Shown here one piece after another: positions 1-13,034 of a stretch of DNA of 64,000 bases. The notes below the pieces were generated by a model, which was not told where the DNA came from, did not search any database, and saw nothing but the letters and a program-made list of their open reading frames with translations. Each line of letters opens with the position of its first letter. Position 1 is the first letter of the stretch. Source of the DNA: Eledone cirrhosa (lineage: Eukaryota); contig OZ024753.1 of assembly GCA_964016885.1 (NCBI GenBank), forward strand, positions 682,001 through 746,000, in the 5' to 3' direction. Position numbers and translations under genes: made by a program.

Positions 1-639
1 CATGTTGAAAATAAAATTTAAAAGTCAATATTTTACAATTCAAGGGCTCCTGTGTTAACTGAAAATAAAGGCTGTGGAAAATGAAAGTAAAATTATGAAA
101 ACTACAATGAAGAAATTGATAAATTGATATCAATACTTTCAAATAAGCAAACAAAGATATGTTTTTGAATCATTGGATTCATTATATATATATATAGATG
201 TTAGAGTTAAGAAGTGTACTTTGTAGACATGAAACTTTTGATACCAACCTGGCCCAAACTATGAAATAAAACTCTTTATTTTCAAGGGTTCCTATTTAAA
301 TTTAAATCTTATAAAAAAAATTTATTTAAGAGTAGTATGCCATCTTAGTAAAAAAATTAATAATTTTAGAAAGTCTCTCGAAATTCTTCATTGTTAAATG
401 AAATACAATGTATATTAGAAATATGGTCAGAAACGGGTTAACACATTATTGTAGTTTTGCCAAATTTGCTTTCATTTTCCCTGTACCAATAACAAGGAAT
501 TACAAAAATAAAACGCAATAATTAATAATGATTAGATGAAATTAATAACATGAAATAATTCTGGGTTACAAGGAATATTATTAAACAGTGTGTAACAGAG
601 AGTACTGATTTTGAAATAAAAGAAAGTAAATTTGAAATA

Positions 640-930
640 GTAAAGAGCATTTTACAGATTAAAAAAAAAATCCAGTTGAAGCATGGAACAAAATACCTGC
701 ATCTGTTGATAGCTGTTGGGAAACTGAAGCCTTCAAAACTTCCATGCTTCCCAAAATTCGCCAACACTACACCTGATATTTCCTTGCATGCATGTATTTA
801 TGTGTATATCATGACTCATACACTGTTCACTTTCCTGACATTCGTACATTATTCTATGTACGAATATATGCATATTTGATGAGTTGTAGTACACCTGAGC
901 ACTGTACATCATTTTCCATTATTATATTAA
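640..930 (+). mobile_element. CR1/L2-type LINE 3' fragment
   Basis: The plus frame reads EAWNKIPASVDSCWETEAFKTSMLPKIRQHYT*, matching the RVV..WN.LP..VV....FK C-terminal motif of CR1-group ORF2. A 3' UTR-like stretch follows. Confidence 0.6.
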
Positions 931-1522
931 TTCAGCAGTACTCCTAAGAAGTTGTACCTCATAGGAGGTTTCTTGGGTGTTTTAATGATATGGGCCCTAC
1001 TGCTATCATGTTGCTGTTGTAAGAGCTCACATTTATGCAGGTTTAGCTGGCCTCATATGAGGTTGTATTTCTTAGAGGATTTTTGTTGTTGCTGTTTTAA
1101 TGGTAGGAATCACAATCCTATCAATATTTTGCATGTTGTAGTTAAAGCTCACACATATTCCACTTTAGATGGTGTCCTGTGAGGTTGTATCTTTGTGTAT
1201 TTATTTTCCATTTATTTTGCTTTAATTCAAATCATCATTTATCTCATCATGAAAAGTAATATGACATGAAATATACTACTCAAGAACACAATGTGCAGCT
1301 CAAAGCAAGGAATCAAACTTCTGACCTTAAGATCATGAGACAAACGCTTTAACCACTAAGCCACAGTACTAGAATAGTGTAAATAAATAAATAAAAAGCT
1401 GGAGTAGATAGCCAATGGATAGACAGAAAATATTTTTTTTATTAATGGAGGTGAAGAACATCTAGTGTTGTCATCCTATCAAATCATCCGGTCAATTATG
1501 TAATATGTGATTTATTGTTTTT

Positions 1523-1557
<35 letters not shown>

Positions 1558-2617
1558 GCTTAGGTCATGAAAAATGCACCCAGTATGTCCTGTAAAGTGG
1601 TTTACGATAGGAAGGGCACCCAGCTGTAGAAAACTTGCCAAACAGATGATCAAAAGTACTGTGTCAAAGGCATGACAATATTCTTAGTGTTGGTTCCAAA
1701 ATAAAAGGAACCCAGTTCACCCTGTGTAGTGTGGGAATATATGTAAAAGAGATGCAGCCCCAGGTCCATACGAGAGATTAGTAGCCCTGATTAAGGTCTG
1801 CAATAACCTATCCAACACTTGCTATCAGTGAAAATGTCCATTAAATAATAATAATGATGATGATATGTATGCGTGTGTATCTGTAAGTGTGTATATGTGT
1901 ATCTATATATATATATGTATGTATACAAATGTGAGGAATCAAAACATATCAATTATGTCTGATTTTTGTGCTTCTCAATAAAAAAGCTCAATAGACTTTG
2001 TCCAGAGCCATAGTAATTCAAATGTAAAAGATATATGTATATATAGAGAGTGTACACATATGTTATTTTATATTTTGAGAACAATTCCTTAATGTTGGTA
2101 TGAGCAACTGGTTTGAACAGAAAGGAGTGAGAAAATTCTGGCCGGATATGGCTAGTTTAAATGTTAAAGGGTTAGAAATATGATAAAAGAGTTAAGACTT
2201 TTGACACGAAACTGCCTGAAAGCTGATATGAAACTGCTCATATTAAAATCTTAATATTTATATTAAATCCTTTTTCATTATAATTTTATTTATGTCATTT
2301 TTGTTAAGTAATGTTCCAAACATCAGCTTACTAATGAGAGAATTGGTTATTTTATCAAATTCCTCAAAATATTTGATTACTTTCAGAATTAATTAAACAG
2401 AGTATTTCCTTACAAATTAAGTAATAAAAGGAGTCAATGGAAACAATATTTAATTACAAGCTGCAAGTTTATAATTATTGCCTGCTGTGTTGATGACACT
2501 GGACAACTGTGAAATTGTTAAACAACATCTAAATTAGTGCCTTGTGTTAGCTACAGTTCACTCTTACAAGAATCAAGTGCAAACTCACTCTTACTAGAAT
2601 TGAGTAAATACAGAAAG

Positions 2618-2794
2618 AGTGTGTAAGTGGAGTTTACACTTACAAGGAGTGTGTAAGTAGAGTTTACACTTACAAGGTGTGTGTAAGTAGAGATTTACAC
2701 TTACAAGGTGTGTGTAAGTAGAGCTTACACTTACAGGGAGTGTGTAACTAGAGTTTACACTTACAGGGAGTGTGTAACTAGAGTTTACACTTAC
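2618..2794. repeat. 30-bp minisatellite (~6 units) with internal dyad symmetry
   Basis: The unit AGTGTGTAAGTAGAGTTTACACTTACAAGG repeats head to tail with no spacers. Confidence 0.9.
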
Positions 2795-3014
2795 TCAAGA
2801 ATTAGCAACTCTTTAGAATTAATTAGTACTTCATTAATTTGGAGAACAGAAGTTATGGAACAGACTTTCCTTTATCAATAAAAAAAGGGGAACAAGAATA
2901 AACTATTATAAATACTACTACAAATAATACATGAACAGTGTTTTTGTGTTTATCCCAGTAACAAAAAGGAATCAATAAAATATGAAGGAGGAGAAGAAGA
3001 AAGGAAAAATGAAA

Positions 3015-3296
3015 TAATTGTTTCTACGTTTGGCACAAGGCCAGCAAATACTCAGTGCATTACTGGTACTTTATTTTATCGACCCTGTAAGGATGAAAGG
3101 CGAAGTTATCCTCAGCGGGATTTGAACTCAGAATAGCAAGGGCCGTAACTCTATGCGTCAAAGCATGGCATCCGACCCTCTACCAATACTGCCAATAAAA
3201 GAAATAATGAGAAATAATTGTTTCTACTTTAGGCACAAGGCCAGCAATTACCCAGTGCATTACTGGTACTTTATTTTATCGACCCCGTGAGGATGA
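3015..3296 (-). mobile_element. tRNA-derived SINE (Meta-domain-like family), one copy plus a partial tandem duplicate
   Basis: It is the reverse complement of the family core GAGTTCAAATCCCGCCGAGG..CTTTGCCTTTCATCCTTACGGGGTCGATAAAATAAAGTACCAGT..TTGTGCC.AAAGTAGAAACAATTA, which occurs more than 15 times in the window. Confidence 0.8.
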
Positions 3297-3917
3297 TGAG
3301 AAATAATGAGAAATAAGAAGAAAAAAGGAGGAGGAGGAGAGACATAGTTGTCAAAGTTCTCTCCACATTTATATTAGTTATGATTTTCTTGCATTTTCTA
3401 TGCTATGTGTTAACTATCAAATGTTATCTTAGTTGCTCCCCTGATACTTTACTAGTATATATTTCTATTAAGTTCTTTTTTTTCATTGTTTTTAAAGGAT
3501 TTACTATCTATCACTGTATTATCTGACTTCCTATATATAAGTGAGAAATCTCAAGAACTTTTGTTTTGTTGCAATCTCTTCTATCTGAGATCCTGCATTT
3601 ATATTACATAGATCCTATCTATTTATATTACTTTAAACCCTTCAGCAGTTACATTACTCTATATATGCTATTGTATTTTCATGGTAAAGGCTGTACTTCA
3701 CATAAATTATCTCAGATAATATCGAGATTTTGATGTTATTTATTTTAAGAACAATACCTTACAATTGGTATGAGTGGCTGGTTATGGCCGGTTTAAATAC
3801 TAAAGAGTTAATATCTATCTATCTATCTGGTTAATATCTATCTATCTGGTTTTTTACCAAAAGGATCTCTCCTTCTCTGGAGTATCTTTTTCTCACACCT
3901 CTATATATCTTAATTAA

Positions 3918-4351
3918 CCCTTTAGCATTTAAACTGGCTGTACCTGGCCAAAATTCTTTCACCTCTGTCGGTTCAAACCGGCCATAACTGGCCGCTCGAA
4001 CCTGCGTTATGGTATTGTTCTCATAATAAATATCAAAATTTCATAGCTTCGATATTATGTGAGATAATTATGCGAGGTAAAGTCTTTACCACAAAAATAC
4101 AACAATAAATATAGAGTAATGTAAATAATGTAAATGCTAAAGGGTTAAACCGGCCATACCTGACCAGAATTCTCTAACCTCTTTCTGTTCAAACTGGCCA
4201 TAACTGGCCACTCATACTGATGTTAAGGTTTCGTTCTCATAATAAATATCAAAATCTCGTAGATTTGATATTATGTGAGATAATTATGTGAGATAATGCC
4301 TTTACTGTGCAAATACAATAGTAAATATAAAGTAATGTAAATGCTAAATGG
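3918..4351. mobile_element. piggyBac-type MITE (~220 bp), two adjacent copies
   Basis: The ends read TTAA|CCCTTTAGCATTTA ... TAAATGCTAAAGGG|TTAA (3918-4144), giving TIRs and a TTAA target site. A second 5'-clipped copy follows directly. Confidence 0.85.
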
Positions 4352-4851
4352 TTAAAATTCTCTGATAACACTATTATTTGGTCTCTTACCAAAATGATCA
4401 CTCCTCTGAAGTATCCCTTTTTCATGTCTCTATATATCTTAAGTGGATATCTAACCTATTTAAACAGGAAATCACTAGACTACACCAGAGATTCCGGTTT
4501 TAATACATTTTTTACTTTTGATCACCTTGATTTTCAGTATTATTTCACCTTCATTAAATATTTATTAGGATATATATATATGTGTGTGTGTGTGCGTGTG
4601 CGTACATGTGTTTGTGTGCATGTGGATTTGTGTGTGTGTGTGGAGGGGGGCATGTGCATAGGTGCGTGTGTGGGTGTGGTGGTGGTGGGGGGGGGGGGGG
4701 TCCAGTGTTCCTGTCTCCATCATAAAATAGGGACATTGTATATCTGTGTTTTGTAAGAAGTAACTAAAAGGTTTGGTGTCAGGAAGTAAAACAATGCTTC
4801 AAAAAGTCGCATCCAACACATGGCAGCATGGAAAAGGTGACGTAAAAACAA

Positions 4852-5045
4852 TAATTGTTTCTACTTTTGGCACAAGGCCAGCAATTACCCAGTAGATTAC
4901 TGGTACTTTATTTAATCGACCCCGTAAGGATGAAAGGCAAAGTTAACCTTGGCAGGATTTGAACTCAGATCATAAAGAGAGGTTACTCTTTGCGTCAAAG
5001 CATGGCGTCCGACCCTCTACCGATACTGCCAATCCACCGCCCTAC
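4852..5045 (-). mobile_element. tRNA-derived SINE (Meta-domain-like), near full length
   Basis: The reverse strand has an A-box-like TGGCAGTATCGG, a B-box GAGTTCAAATCC and the family core. Confidence 0.8.
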
Positions 5046-5052
5046 AATAATG

Positions 5053-5096
<44 letters not shown>

Positions 5097-5137
5097 CGCT
5101 CTACATGGCTGAATACAATAAATGTAATCTGAGTTTT

Positions 5138-5180
<43 letters not shown>

Positions 5181-5331
5181 TAGAACACTGGTGAGTTATA
5201 TCCGTAGTAGTAGAACACTCAGTCCATGGGACGAGTTTGGTAGAAGTGGTTCCACAATAGTTAGTTCACTATTACTGAGAACAGTTGTTTCACTTTATTC
5301 ACCTTATTATATATATATATATGTATATATA

Positions 5332-5430
5332 TGACGAAGGACCGTGATGGGTGGAGAGATGCTGTGCTGAATAGGACCCGTCCAACCCTTGCAAGCAGGG
5401 AAAAGTGGACGTAAAATAATGATGATGATA
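5332..5430 (+). mobile_element. RTE LINE extreme 3' end
   Basis: It encodes the ORF end TKDRDGWRDAVL, then the hairpin CCCTTGCAAGCAGGG and a GGACGTAAAA(TGA)n tail. Confidence 0.7.
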
Positions 5431-5668
5431 GGTATGTCATTAAGGAATTCATTTCAAAATTACCCGATATCTAGTTCTTCTAGTTCATTGTATGTAAACA
5501 TAATTGAAAAAGTGTATATGATGGGTGGATATGAATTTTCATAAAATTGTAGGAATCTCAGTGCAGTGGGTAGTTGTAAACAGCTCATTGCTATCTGCAT
5601 AGCAAAAAGTCGGGTTAAAATATAACCACATATTGACAGAAGAATGCCGAGAATCCTACAATTTTATG

Positions 5669-5712
<44 letters not shown>

Positions 5713-5714
5713 AA

Positions 5715-6328
<614 letters not shown>

Positions 6329-6802
6329 CTTAAAGTAAAAATTATCAAACTAGGTCTAGAAAAGTTCCTTGGATTGCGTCAAAGTCAAATGGATTGCATT
6401 TAAGAAAATAGCAAAAGATCAGGAAATATAACTTGAATGAGTAATAAAGATCTAATTTCCAATATTCACTTAGCATTAAAGTAAAGAAGCCCATCCCTAC
6501 TCTGCTGTCAAAATCCAATAGTCAATGATCAATATAAGTAGAAGTCTTCAGATTAACTGTTCACTGTATGTGTAGAGACAATTCAGTGAATACATTAGCA
6601 TAACTGCAACAGACTGAACATATATCGATGTCTGTGATTATACATATCACATTGTGAAAGTGAATAGCCTAGTGATAAGAATGCTGTGCTCATGATCGTA
6701 AGGTTTTGGGATCGATTCCTGGACTGGGCACTGAGTTTTCTTCTTGAGCAAAATACTTTATTTTACATTGCTCCTGACAGGAGGTGTGACTGGTATATAT
6801 AT

Positions 6803-7140
6803 ATCATCATCATCATTTTACGTCCGCTTTTCCCTGCTTGCAAGGGTGGGACGGGAACTGATTCTGGCTTGATTTCTACAGCTGGATGCCCTTCCTAACA
6901 CCAACCTCATTTACAGTGAGTGCTGGGTGCTTTATTTTTGCCGTAGCACCTCCACGACCACTTTGCAGTGGAATGATAGGGACCCCAGTCCCTATCATCT
7001 CATTTACAGCTGAGTAAACTGGAGCAATGTGAAATAAAATGTCTTGCTCAAGGAAACAACACATCACCCGGTCTGAGAATTGAACTCACAACCTTTCGAT
7101 TGCAAGGCCAATGCTCTAACCACTAAGCCATGTACCTCCA
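6803..7140 (-). mobile_element. Composite tRNA-head SINE with RTE-type 3' tail
   Basis: The head has A/B boxes (TGGCTTAGTGG, GAGTTCAATTC). The tail is CCCTTGCAAGCAGGGAAAAGCGGACGTAAAA(TGA)n. It is near-identical to 7865-8200 and 53296-53638. Confidence 0.85.
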
Positions 7141-7242
7141 TATATATATATATATATTAATAAAAGGAATTCCAACGTTGTCTGATTTACTCGTATTATT
7201 TACAATCCTTTAATATTTATAATGGTATTAGAATGAAATAGT

Positions 7243-7348
7243 ATATATATATATATGTGTATGTGTGTGTCTAAGTATATATTAAGGACATCTCACACAC
7301 ACACATATATATATGTGTGTGTGTGAGATGTCCTTAATATATACTTAG

Positions 7349-7403
<55 letters not shown>

Positions 7404-7431
7404 AGATGTCCTTAATATATATATATATATA
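7243..7431. repeat. Near-perfect palindrome with a third partial arm
   Basis: TGTCTAAGTATATATTAAGGACATCTCACAC...GTGTGAGATGTCCTTAATATATACTTAGACA is centred on (AT)n. Confidence 0.9.
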
Positions 7432-7539
7432 TTGATCACACCACACCCTCTACATCCATCCTAATCCACTGACTCCCAGTCTTACGTCAACTTCACCTCC
7501 TCCCACCCCACTCACATCAACCTCTCTATACCCTACTCC

Positions 7540-7782
7540 CAATTCCTCTGCCTTCATCGGCTCTGCAGCCAGGACCATGATGATGCATAGCTTCTCGTTT
7601 CATCCAGCGAGGATATTCTCCTCCTGTCATTCAAGATGCCCTTACCTGTAATACTGACTCTAATACTTCTTGTGTAGTTGCCTCACTACTAACAGGGCAT
7701 CTGTAGTACTTTTGCCAGCCATAAAACCAAACTGGATCTCGTCTAATTTGACTCTTTCCCTAATTAGCCGTGCTATAACTCT
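7540..7782 (-). mobile_element. RTE reverse transcriptase fragment
   Basis: It reads RVIARLIRERVKLDEIQFGFMAGKSTTDALLVVRQLHKKY and matches 61585-61705. Confidence 0.8.
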
Positions 7783-7864
7783 GTCACTTTCATACATATA
7801 TACACACCCACACACTTGTATATATATAGATACACACACATGTATATATATACATGTATATATA

Positions 7865-8200
7865 GAGGCACATGGCTTAGTGGTTAGAGCATTGGCCTTG
7901 CAATCGAAAGCTTGTGAGTTCAATTCTCAGACCGAGTGATGTGTTGTTTCCTTGAGCAAGTCACTTTATTTCACATTGCTCCAGTTTACTCAGCTGTAGA
8001 AATGAGATGATAGGGACTGGGGTCCTTATCATTCCACTGCAAAGTGTTCGTGGAGGTGCCACGGCAAAAAAGCACCCAGCACTCACTGTAAATGAGGTTG
8101 GTGTTAGGAAGGGCATCCAGCTGTAGAAATCAAGCCAGAATCAGTTCCCGTCCCACCCTTGCAAGCAGGGAAAAAGCGGACGTAAAATGAAATGATGATG
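7865..8200 (+). mobile_element. Composite tRNA-head SINE with RTE-type 3' tail
   Basis: It is an inverted, near-identical copy of 6803-7140. Confidence 0.85.
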
Positions 8201-8324
8201 ATATATACATACACACATACATACATACATGTATATATATACATACACACATACATGTATATACACATACACACGTATATATACATACACACACGTATAT
8301 ATATATATATATATATACATTTGT

Positions 8325-8565
8325 GAAGGCGTGTGGCTGAGTGGTTAGAGAATTGGATTCACAATCTTGAGGTTGTGAGTTCGATTCCTGGACCGGGCGA
8401 TGTGTTATGTCCTTGAGCAAGACCCTTTATTTCACGTTGCTCCTTCTACCTGGAGTTGCGACCGATAGATAGTACTAGCAACTGGAAAGACTAACGGAAA
8501 CATTGTTTCCTCGGTCCGATTCGACGAATGTCGATCGGTCCGATTCGACGAATGTCGATCGATCC
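8325..8565 (+). mobile_element. tRNA-derived SINE with a different 3' part
   Basis: It has A/B boxes (TGGCTGAGTGG, GTTCGATTCC) and GTCCTTGAGCAAGAC. The 3' part is shared with 15150-15335 (reverse) and 18200-18335. Confidence 0.7.
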
Positions 8566-8733
8566 TCATATATACATACACAAACACATATATATACAGT
8601 CTGGTCACATTTACATGTTCATGCGTGTGTGTATGTCACTATGCACGATTATAAATTCATGCGTGTGTCTGTGTTTCAGTGTATTTACAAAAAACATGTA
8701 AGTTTTTATATTTACCATAAGTGTTTCCAAAAA

Positions 8734-8769
<36 letters not shown>

Positions 8770-8989
8770 GTGCGCGTGTGTTTCCTCAATTTCTGTAAAA
8801 TTGCATATTTAACAGATATATTTACTGTGTGAATGTGTGCATTATGTGATAAAAGTTTTTGAAATATGATCATTTTCACTGACAGAAGTTCTGGAGTGAT
8901 ACTTAAGTATCCTTAAGTATCACTCCAGATATTTTGGTGCCTATTTCTTTTTTTTTTTTTTTTTCAATGAAGATATTGAAAATGGTGGA

Positions 8990-9790
8990 AATCAGCAAAA
9001 TATTGATTTCAAATATATGCTGAAACCCCACACCACCATTCTAATATAATCTTTTGTCACTCTGGTAGTTTTAAGGTAAGGGTCCATGCTGAACAGCCAT
9101 ACAATAAAACAGAAGTAACAGTTGCTTGAAAGAAGCTCCTTTTTCATGGTGTCTGGAAGTCTAGATTTCCACACAAGAGATGGCACCAGAAGCTTTTGCA
9201 GCTCGAGACTTTACTACCCAGATAAGTTAATTCTTCTACACAGTTGAGAGGTGTGACAGATACTGTTTTGATTTAAGTTTGTGTATTCTGTTTTGTCTGA
9301 GTTAAGATGGAGAGACCAATACCTTTGGTTAAATGTTCAAGATTACGGAGAAGGGTTTCTGCTTATTAGATCGGAGATATTTGTTGCAGGACATCTATTA
9401 CTCCTTCGTGGATGTTATATGAATTCATTGTCTTTAATGGTATCGACAGAAGGTCTGAGAATGTAATCCAAGCAAATAATGAAAATATACGAAAGAAGAT
9501 TGAATGTATCCAAAAATATCACCAAGGTCTTATACGTGAAGTTAAGATATCTGGTTCTTTAATATTTTGTTCTAGATATTCCCTATTAAAATGGGAAGGA
9601 TCTTATACATCTGGGGGTCCTATATGCCATCAAATTTAATAATTAGAACTAAATCTTGCACCACCATCCTCCAACTGGCATTGGAATCATGACTGGCTAA
9701 CAATATCTGTCATACATCTGTTATCATCATACATGGGCAGCCTTTGTTCTCAGTGGAGTAGATTCACTAGCTGGAGTTGAATGAACTCAC
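8990..9790 (-). mobile_element. Degenerate RTE-like LINE fragment
   Basis: It reads PLNCVEELTYLGSKV and VWKSRLPDTMKK, typical of the post-RT region, with many frameshifts. Confidence 0.55.
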
Positions 9791-9885
9791 CCTAGGAGAA
9801 TACTAATACAATTAAATATATACACACACACCAGAGACTTCATAGAAAAAAGAAAGGAAAAATAAAAGTAGAAAATATACTTTAC

Positions 9886-9928
9886 CTTTTAACTGTTTGT
9901 AGACTGTTTTTATAGGATCTAACCAATG
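9886..9928 (-). CDS. FRMD5: FERM-domain protein (FRMD5/FRMD3-like), internal coding exon of 43 bp
   Basis: The acceptor is ttttctcttttatttctgcag| and the donor is AG|gtaaag. It encodes HWLDPIKTVYKQLK plus 1 nt, the FERM-N HWLD..K...KQL motif, and is in phase with the 105-bp exon. Confidence 0.9.
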
Positions 9929-10014
9929 CTGCAGAAATAAAAGAGAAAATTTAATAAACTGCTGATGATCTTCAAATCATTTTGAAAATAGTAAAGAATT
10001 TAGGGGATTTAATA

Positions 10015-10234
10015 ATATGATTTCTAGTATAGGCACAAGGCCAGTAATTTGGGGAGAGGCGAAAGTCGATTAAATTGACCCCAGTACATTACTGGTACTT
10101 TATTTTATTGACCCTGTAAGGATGAAAGGCAAAGTTAACCGTGGCAGGATTTGAACTCAGACTGTAAAGGACCGTAACTCTATGCTGCAAAGCATGGTGT
10201 CCGACTCTACTGATACTGCCAATCCACCACCCTA
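10015..10234 (-). mobile_element. tRNA-derived SINE (Meta-domain-like), full length
   Basis: It has the family core. The flanks TAGGGGATTTAATAATATG and TAGGGGATTTAGTAATATG look like a target-site duplication. Confidence 0.8.
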
Positions 10235-10654
10235 GGGGATTTAGTAATATGGCTTATAAGTTAAGATGTTTGATCCACGATAATATGAACATGGATTTGA
10301 TTGCCAGTAAAATACTTTATTTTACATTGCTCTTTCTTCCTGGAATTACAACTGGTAGATAACATTAGCAAAAGAAAGATCAATGGAAATGTTGCATTGA
10401 TCCATTCTGATAACTGGTCATTTTCCTTTAAATATATATATTTAAATATATCTTTTATGAGGGAATGCAATCAGCAGACACTATCAGTAATGGGGAAAAT
10501 TAGAAGAAACAGCTTTCAGTGCTGAAATGAAGGTATATTAGCTTCTATCCATTGAATCTTCCTGGATACCAGAATTAGAATCTAATGGCGCCCTGTCGAG
10601 CTTTATGGCATCAGAAAGATTAATTTATGTTGCCTTCAGTAGTAGTAGTAGTGG

Positions 10655-10985
10655 TTCTTCTTCTTCACCCACTTCATCCTGAGAGGGCTAGAGTTCTCAA
10701 ACACTCCTTCCAGCGGGTCCTGTCAGAATCAACCAACCATCTCCAGCTGATCCGACTAGATCCTCAAGTGAAACCAGCCAAGCTCATGGATGTTATTCAA
10801 CCATCTTGCTCGGGGTCTACTCCTGGGTCTCTTGCCAGTTGGTTTTGCCCATACAATCTGTCTAGCGATTCTTTCCCCGAGACATTCTAACCACATGCCC
10901 ATAGTATTTCGGAGAAGTAGCGGCTCTACCTGGAGTGACTTACAGATCTACGCACTCTATCGAGTAACATTACTCCAAGATGTAT
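10655..10985 (-). mobile_element. Rex3/Expander-like RTE-clade LINE 3' fragment
   Basis: It is the reverse complement of the family at 59600-60393, with GRPRARWL.NI and a (GAA)n tail. Confidence 0.75.
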
Positions 10986-12499
10986 ACTAACATATGGTTC
11001 TTAGATTGGGTTGAAAGTTTTTATTTAAATAGGAACCCATTAAAATAGTTGATTTTTGTTCTATAGAACCAGAACTGATTTTGTGAGGGACAGATTGATA
11101 AACAGAGAGAAGGGAGGAGAGGGTGAGAGAAAAAACATAGCAGAGGAAGAGAAGAGGAAAACAAAAATAGAGAAAGGAGAGAGAAAGTGAAGAGAAAGTA
11201 GGAAAAGAAAAGAATGAAGAGAGAAAGGAGAGGGAGAAATAAGAGACAGATGGGAAGGAGAAAAAGAGAGAGAGGGAAGGAGATTTATAGATAGATAGTT
11301 CAACTGAAAGAAAGAGAGAGAGAGAGTGTGTGTGTGTGGGGGGGGGGGGCTGATTGAGAGAGAGCACAGATCTCTCTGCTTCTCTTTCAATTACAAACAA
11401 ACACACACACACACTTTCTGTGTTTCTTTCTATTACACACAGTCCCCTCCCCCTTTCTCTCTCAGATCAACTTGCCAACAATAATATCAGACTAACTTCA
11501 GAAAAAATTAACAATTCTATTAATGTGATGAGCAACACTTAGGAAGCAGAAAGCCAGGAAATTAGAAGACAAGCTAACTGTTTCAACTTATTGTTTTTCA
11601 TCAGAATTGAGTGCAGTGTTTATGGAAAACTGTGACAGTTTCCACTTTTCTAGTGGCTGTCTGCTTACTTACCTAGCTGTTTGCTTGAAAGCTAGCTAGT
11701 TACTGCTGTTGTTGTTGTTGGAACTCCATCAATATCTGACAATGAATGTTCCAGTTATTTGAATAATGAAGCAGCCTGTACATGAAATTAACATGTCTGA
11801 GCATTCCACAGATACATGCACCCTTAGCATAATTCTCAGAGAGATTCAGCAGCATAACAATGCTGTACTTTTTTTAATTACAAGTACAGTCTATTATATT
11901 ATAAATGGCTGAGCATTCCACAGATACATGTACCCTTAGCATAATTCTCAGGGAGATTCAGCAGTGTAATACATTGTGTGACAAGGCTGTATTATAATGC
12001 AAGTGGCTCAATATTTCAAAGATGTGAGTTGTTATTGAATCGCTGTCACTTCTGACAACAACTGTTCCTGTTATTTGTTCATTCACAGACACGTGTACTT
12101 TTGACGTAATTCTCAGGAAGATTCAACCTGACTGTGTGTGTGTGTGACAAGACTGGCTCTATGAATTACAAACACAACTCATTTTTGCCAACTGAGTGGA
12201 CTGGAGCAATGTAAAATAAAGTGTCTTGCTCAACAAAATGTGCTATCAGGAATCGAACTAATGACCCTATGATCATGAGCCAAACACTCTAACCACTAAG
12301 TCTCAGCTAACTCACCAGCATTTCAAGTCGAGGCACTAAGAAACTCTTAACATCATATTTCTAACAAAATATACTGCTATGATTTTCAAAAACATTTTCA
12401 AAATAATAGAGAATTTGGAGGGATTTAGTAATAAAGTTTCTTATTAAGCTGGTGTTAGGAGCATAGCATAATAAAAGTTCTTATATAAAATTATGGTGG

Positions 12500-12985
12500 A
12501 CACCCTTCATCCACGTCCTCCCTCTCTGGCATGGCCAGTATCACCCCCAAATTAGAAAGAAGAAGGGTTGGGTGAGGGATTGGCAACCCCTCCCTGTGAA
12601 ACAACTATTACAACAAAAATGCCAAAATGTGTACCACAAAATATTCCAACTCTGGTTGAGGATAGACTTCCAGCTAAAGGATATAGGATGCAAGGTAGTG
12701 AAAACCTGTTTCAGGAAGCTACTCAATTAGGACTAACACCACAAGTGGAGTATGGAATGCATACACCATGTTTGAGACAGGTAAGCCAGCTCAAGTAGTA
12801 GCTGAGTAGAGGATAATATAATCTCATCAGCCTGGGAATCATCAAATTGAGATGGATTGTTTCAGACCAAAAAAATGGTTGCCACTGGTGAATTATGACC
12901 TTTTTTTAGGACAGGAAGATGACAATGTGCAACACACCTGGGAAGTAGGCTTTATGTTGTACAAGAAATCCCAAAGCCCACAGAT
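12500..12985 (+). mobile_element. RTE LINE 5' UTR and start of the APE endonuclease (degenerate)
   Basis: It reads GVWNAYTMFETGKPAQVVAE...YNLISLGIIKLRW, similar to RTE GTWNVRTM.ETGK.AQV..EM..Y.L..LGISE.RW. It is preceded by the leader motif GGGTTGGG.GAGGG.TTGGCAACCCC. Confidence 0.75.
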
Positions 12986-13034
12986 TATTACAGTACAGTT
13001 AAATAAAATGGATAATATTATACATTCAACTTAC

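Noticed and set aside
697-772. Apparent minus-strand exon (cag...gtattt)
   Set aside because: It has no polypyrimidine tract and no FERM similarity. The plus strand is explained as a CR1-type LINE end.
2618-2794. CRISPR-like palindromic 30-bp repeats
   Set aside because: There are no unique spacers and no cas genes, and the context is eukaryotic.
7865-7935. tRNA gene
   Set aside because: A/B boxes are present, but there is no acceptor stem and the sequence continues into a SINE body. The same applies to the other tRNA-like heads.
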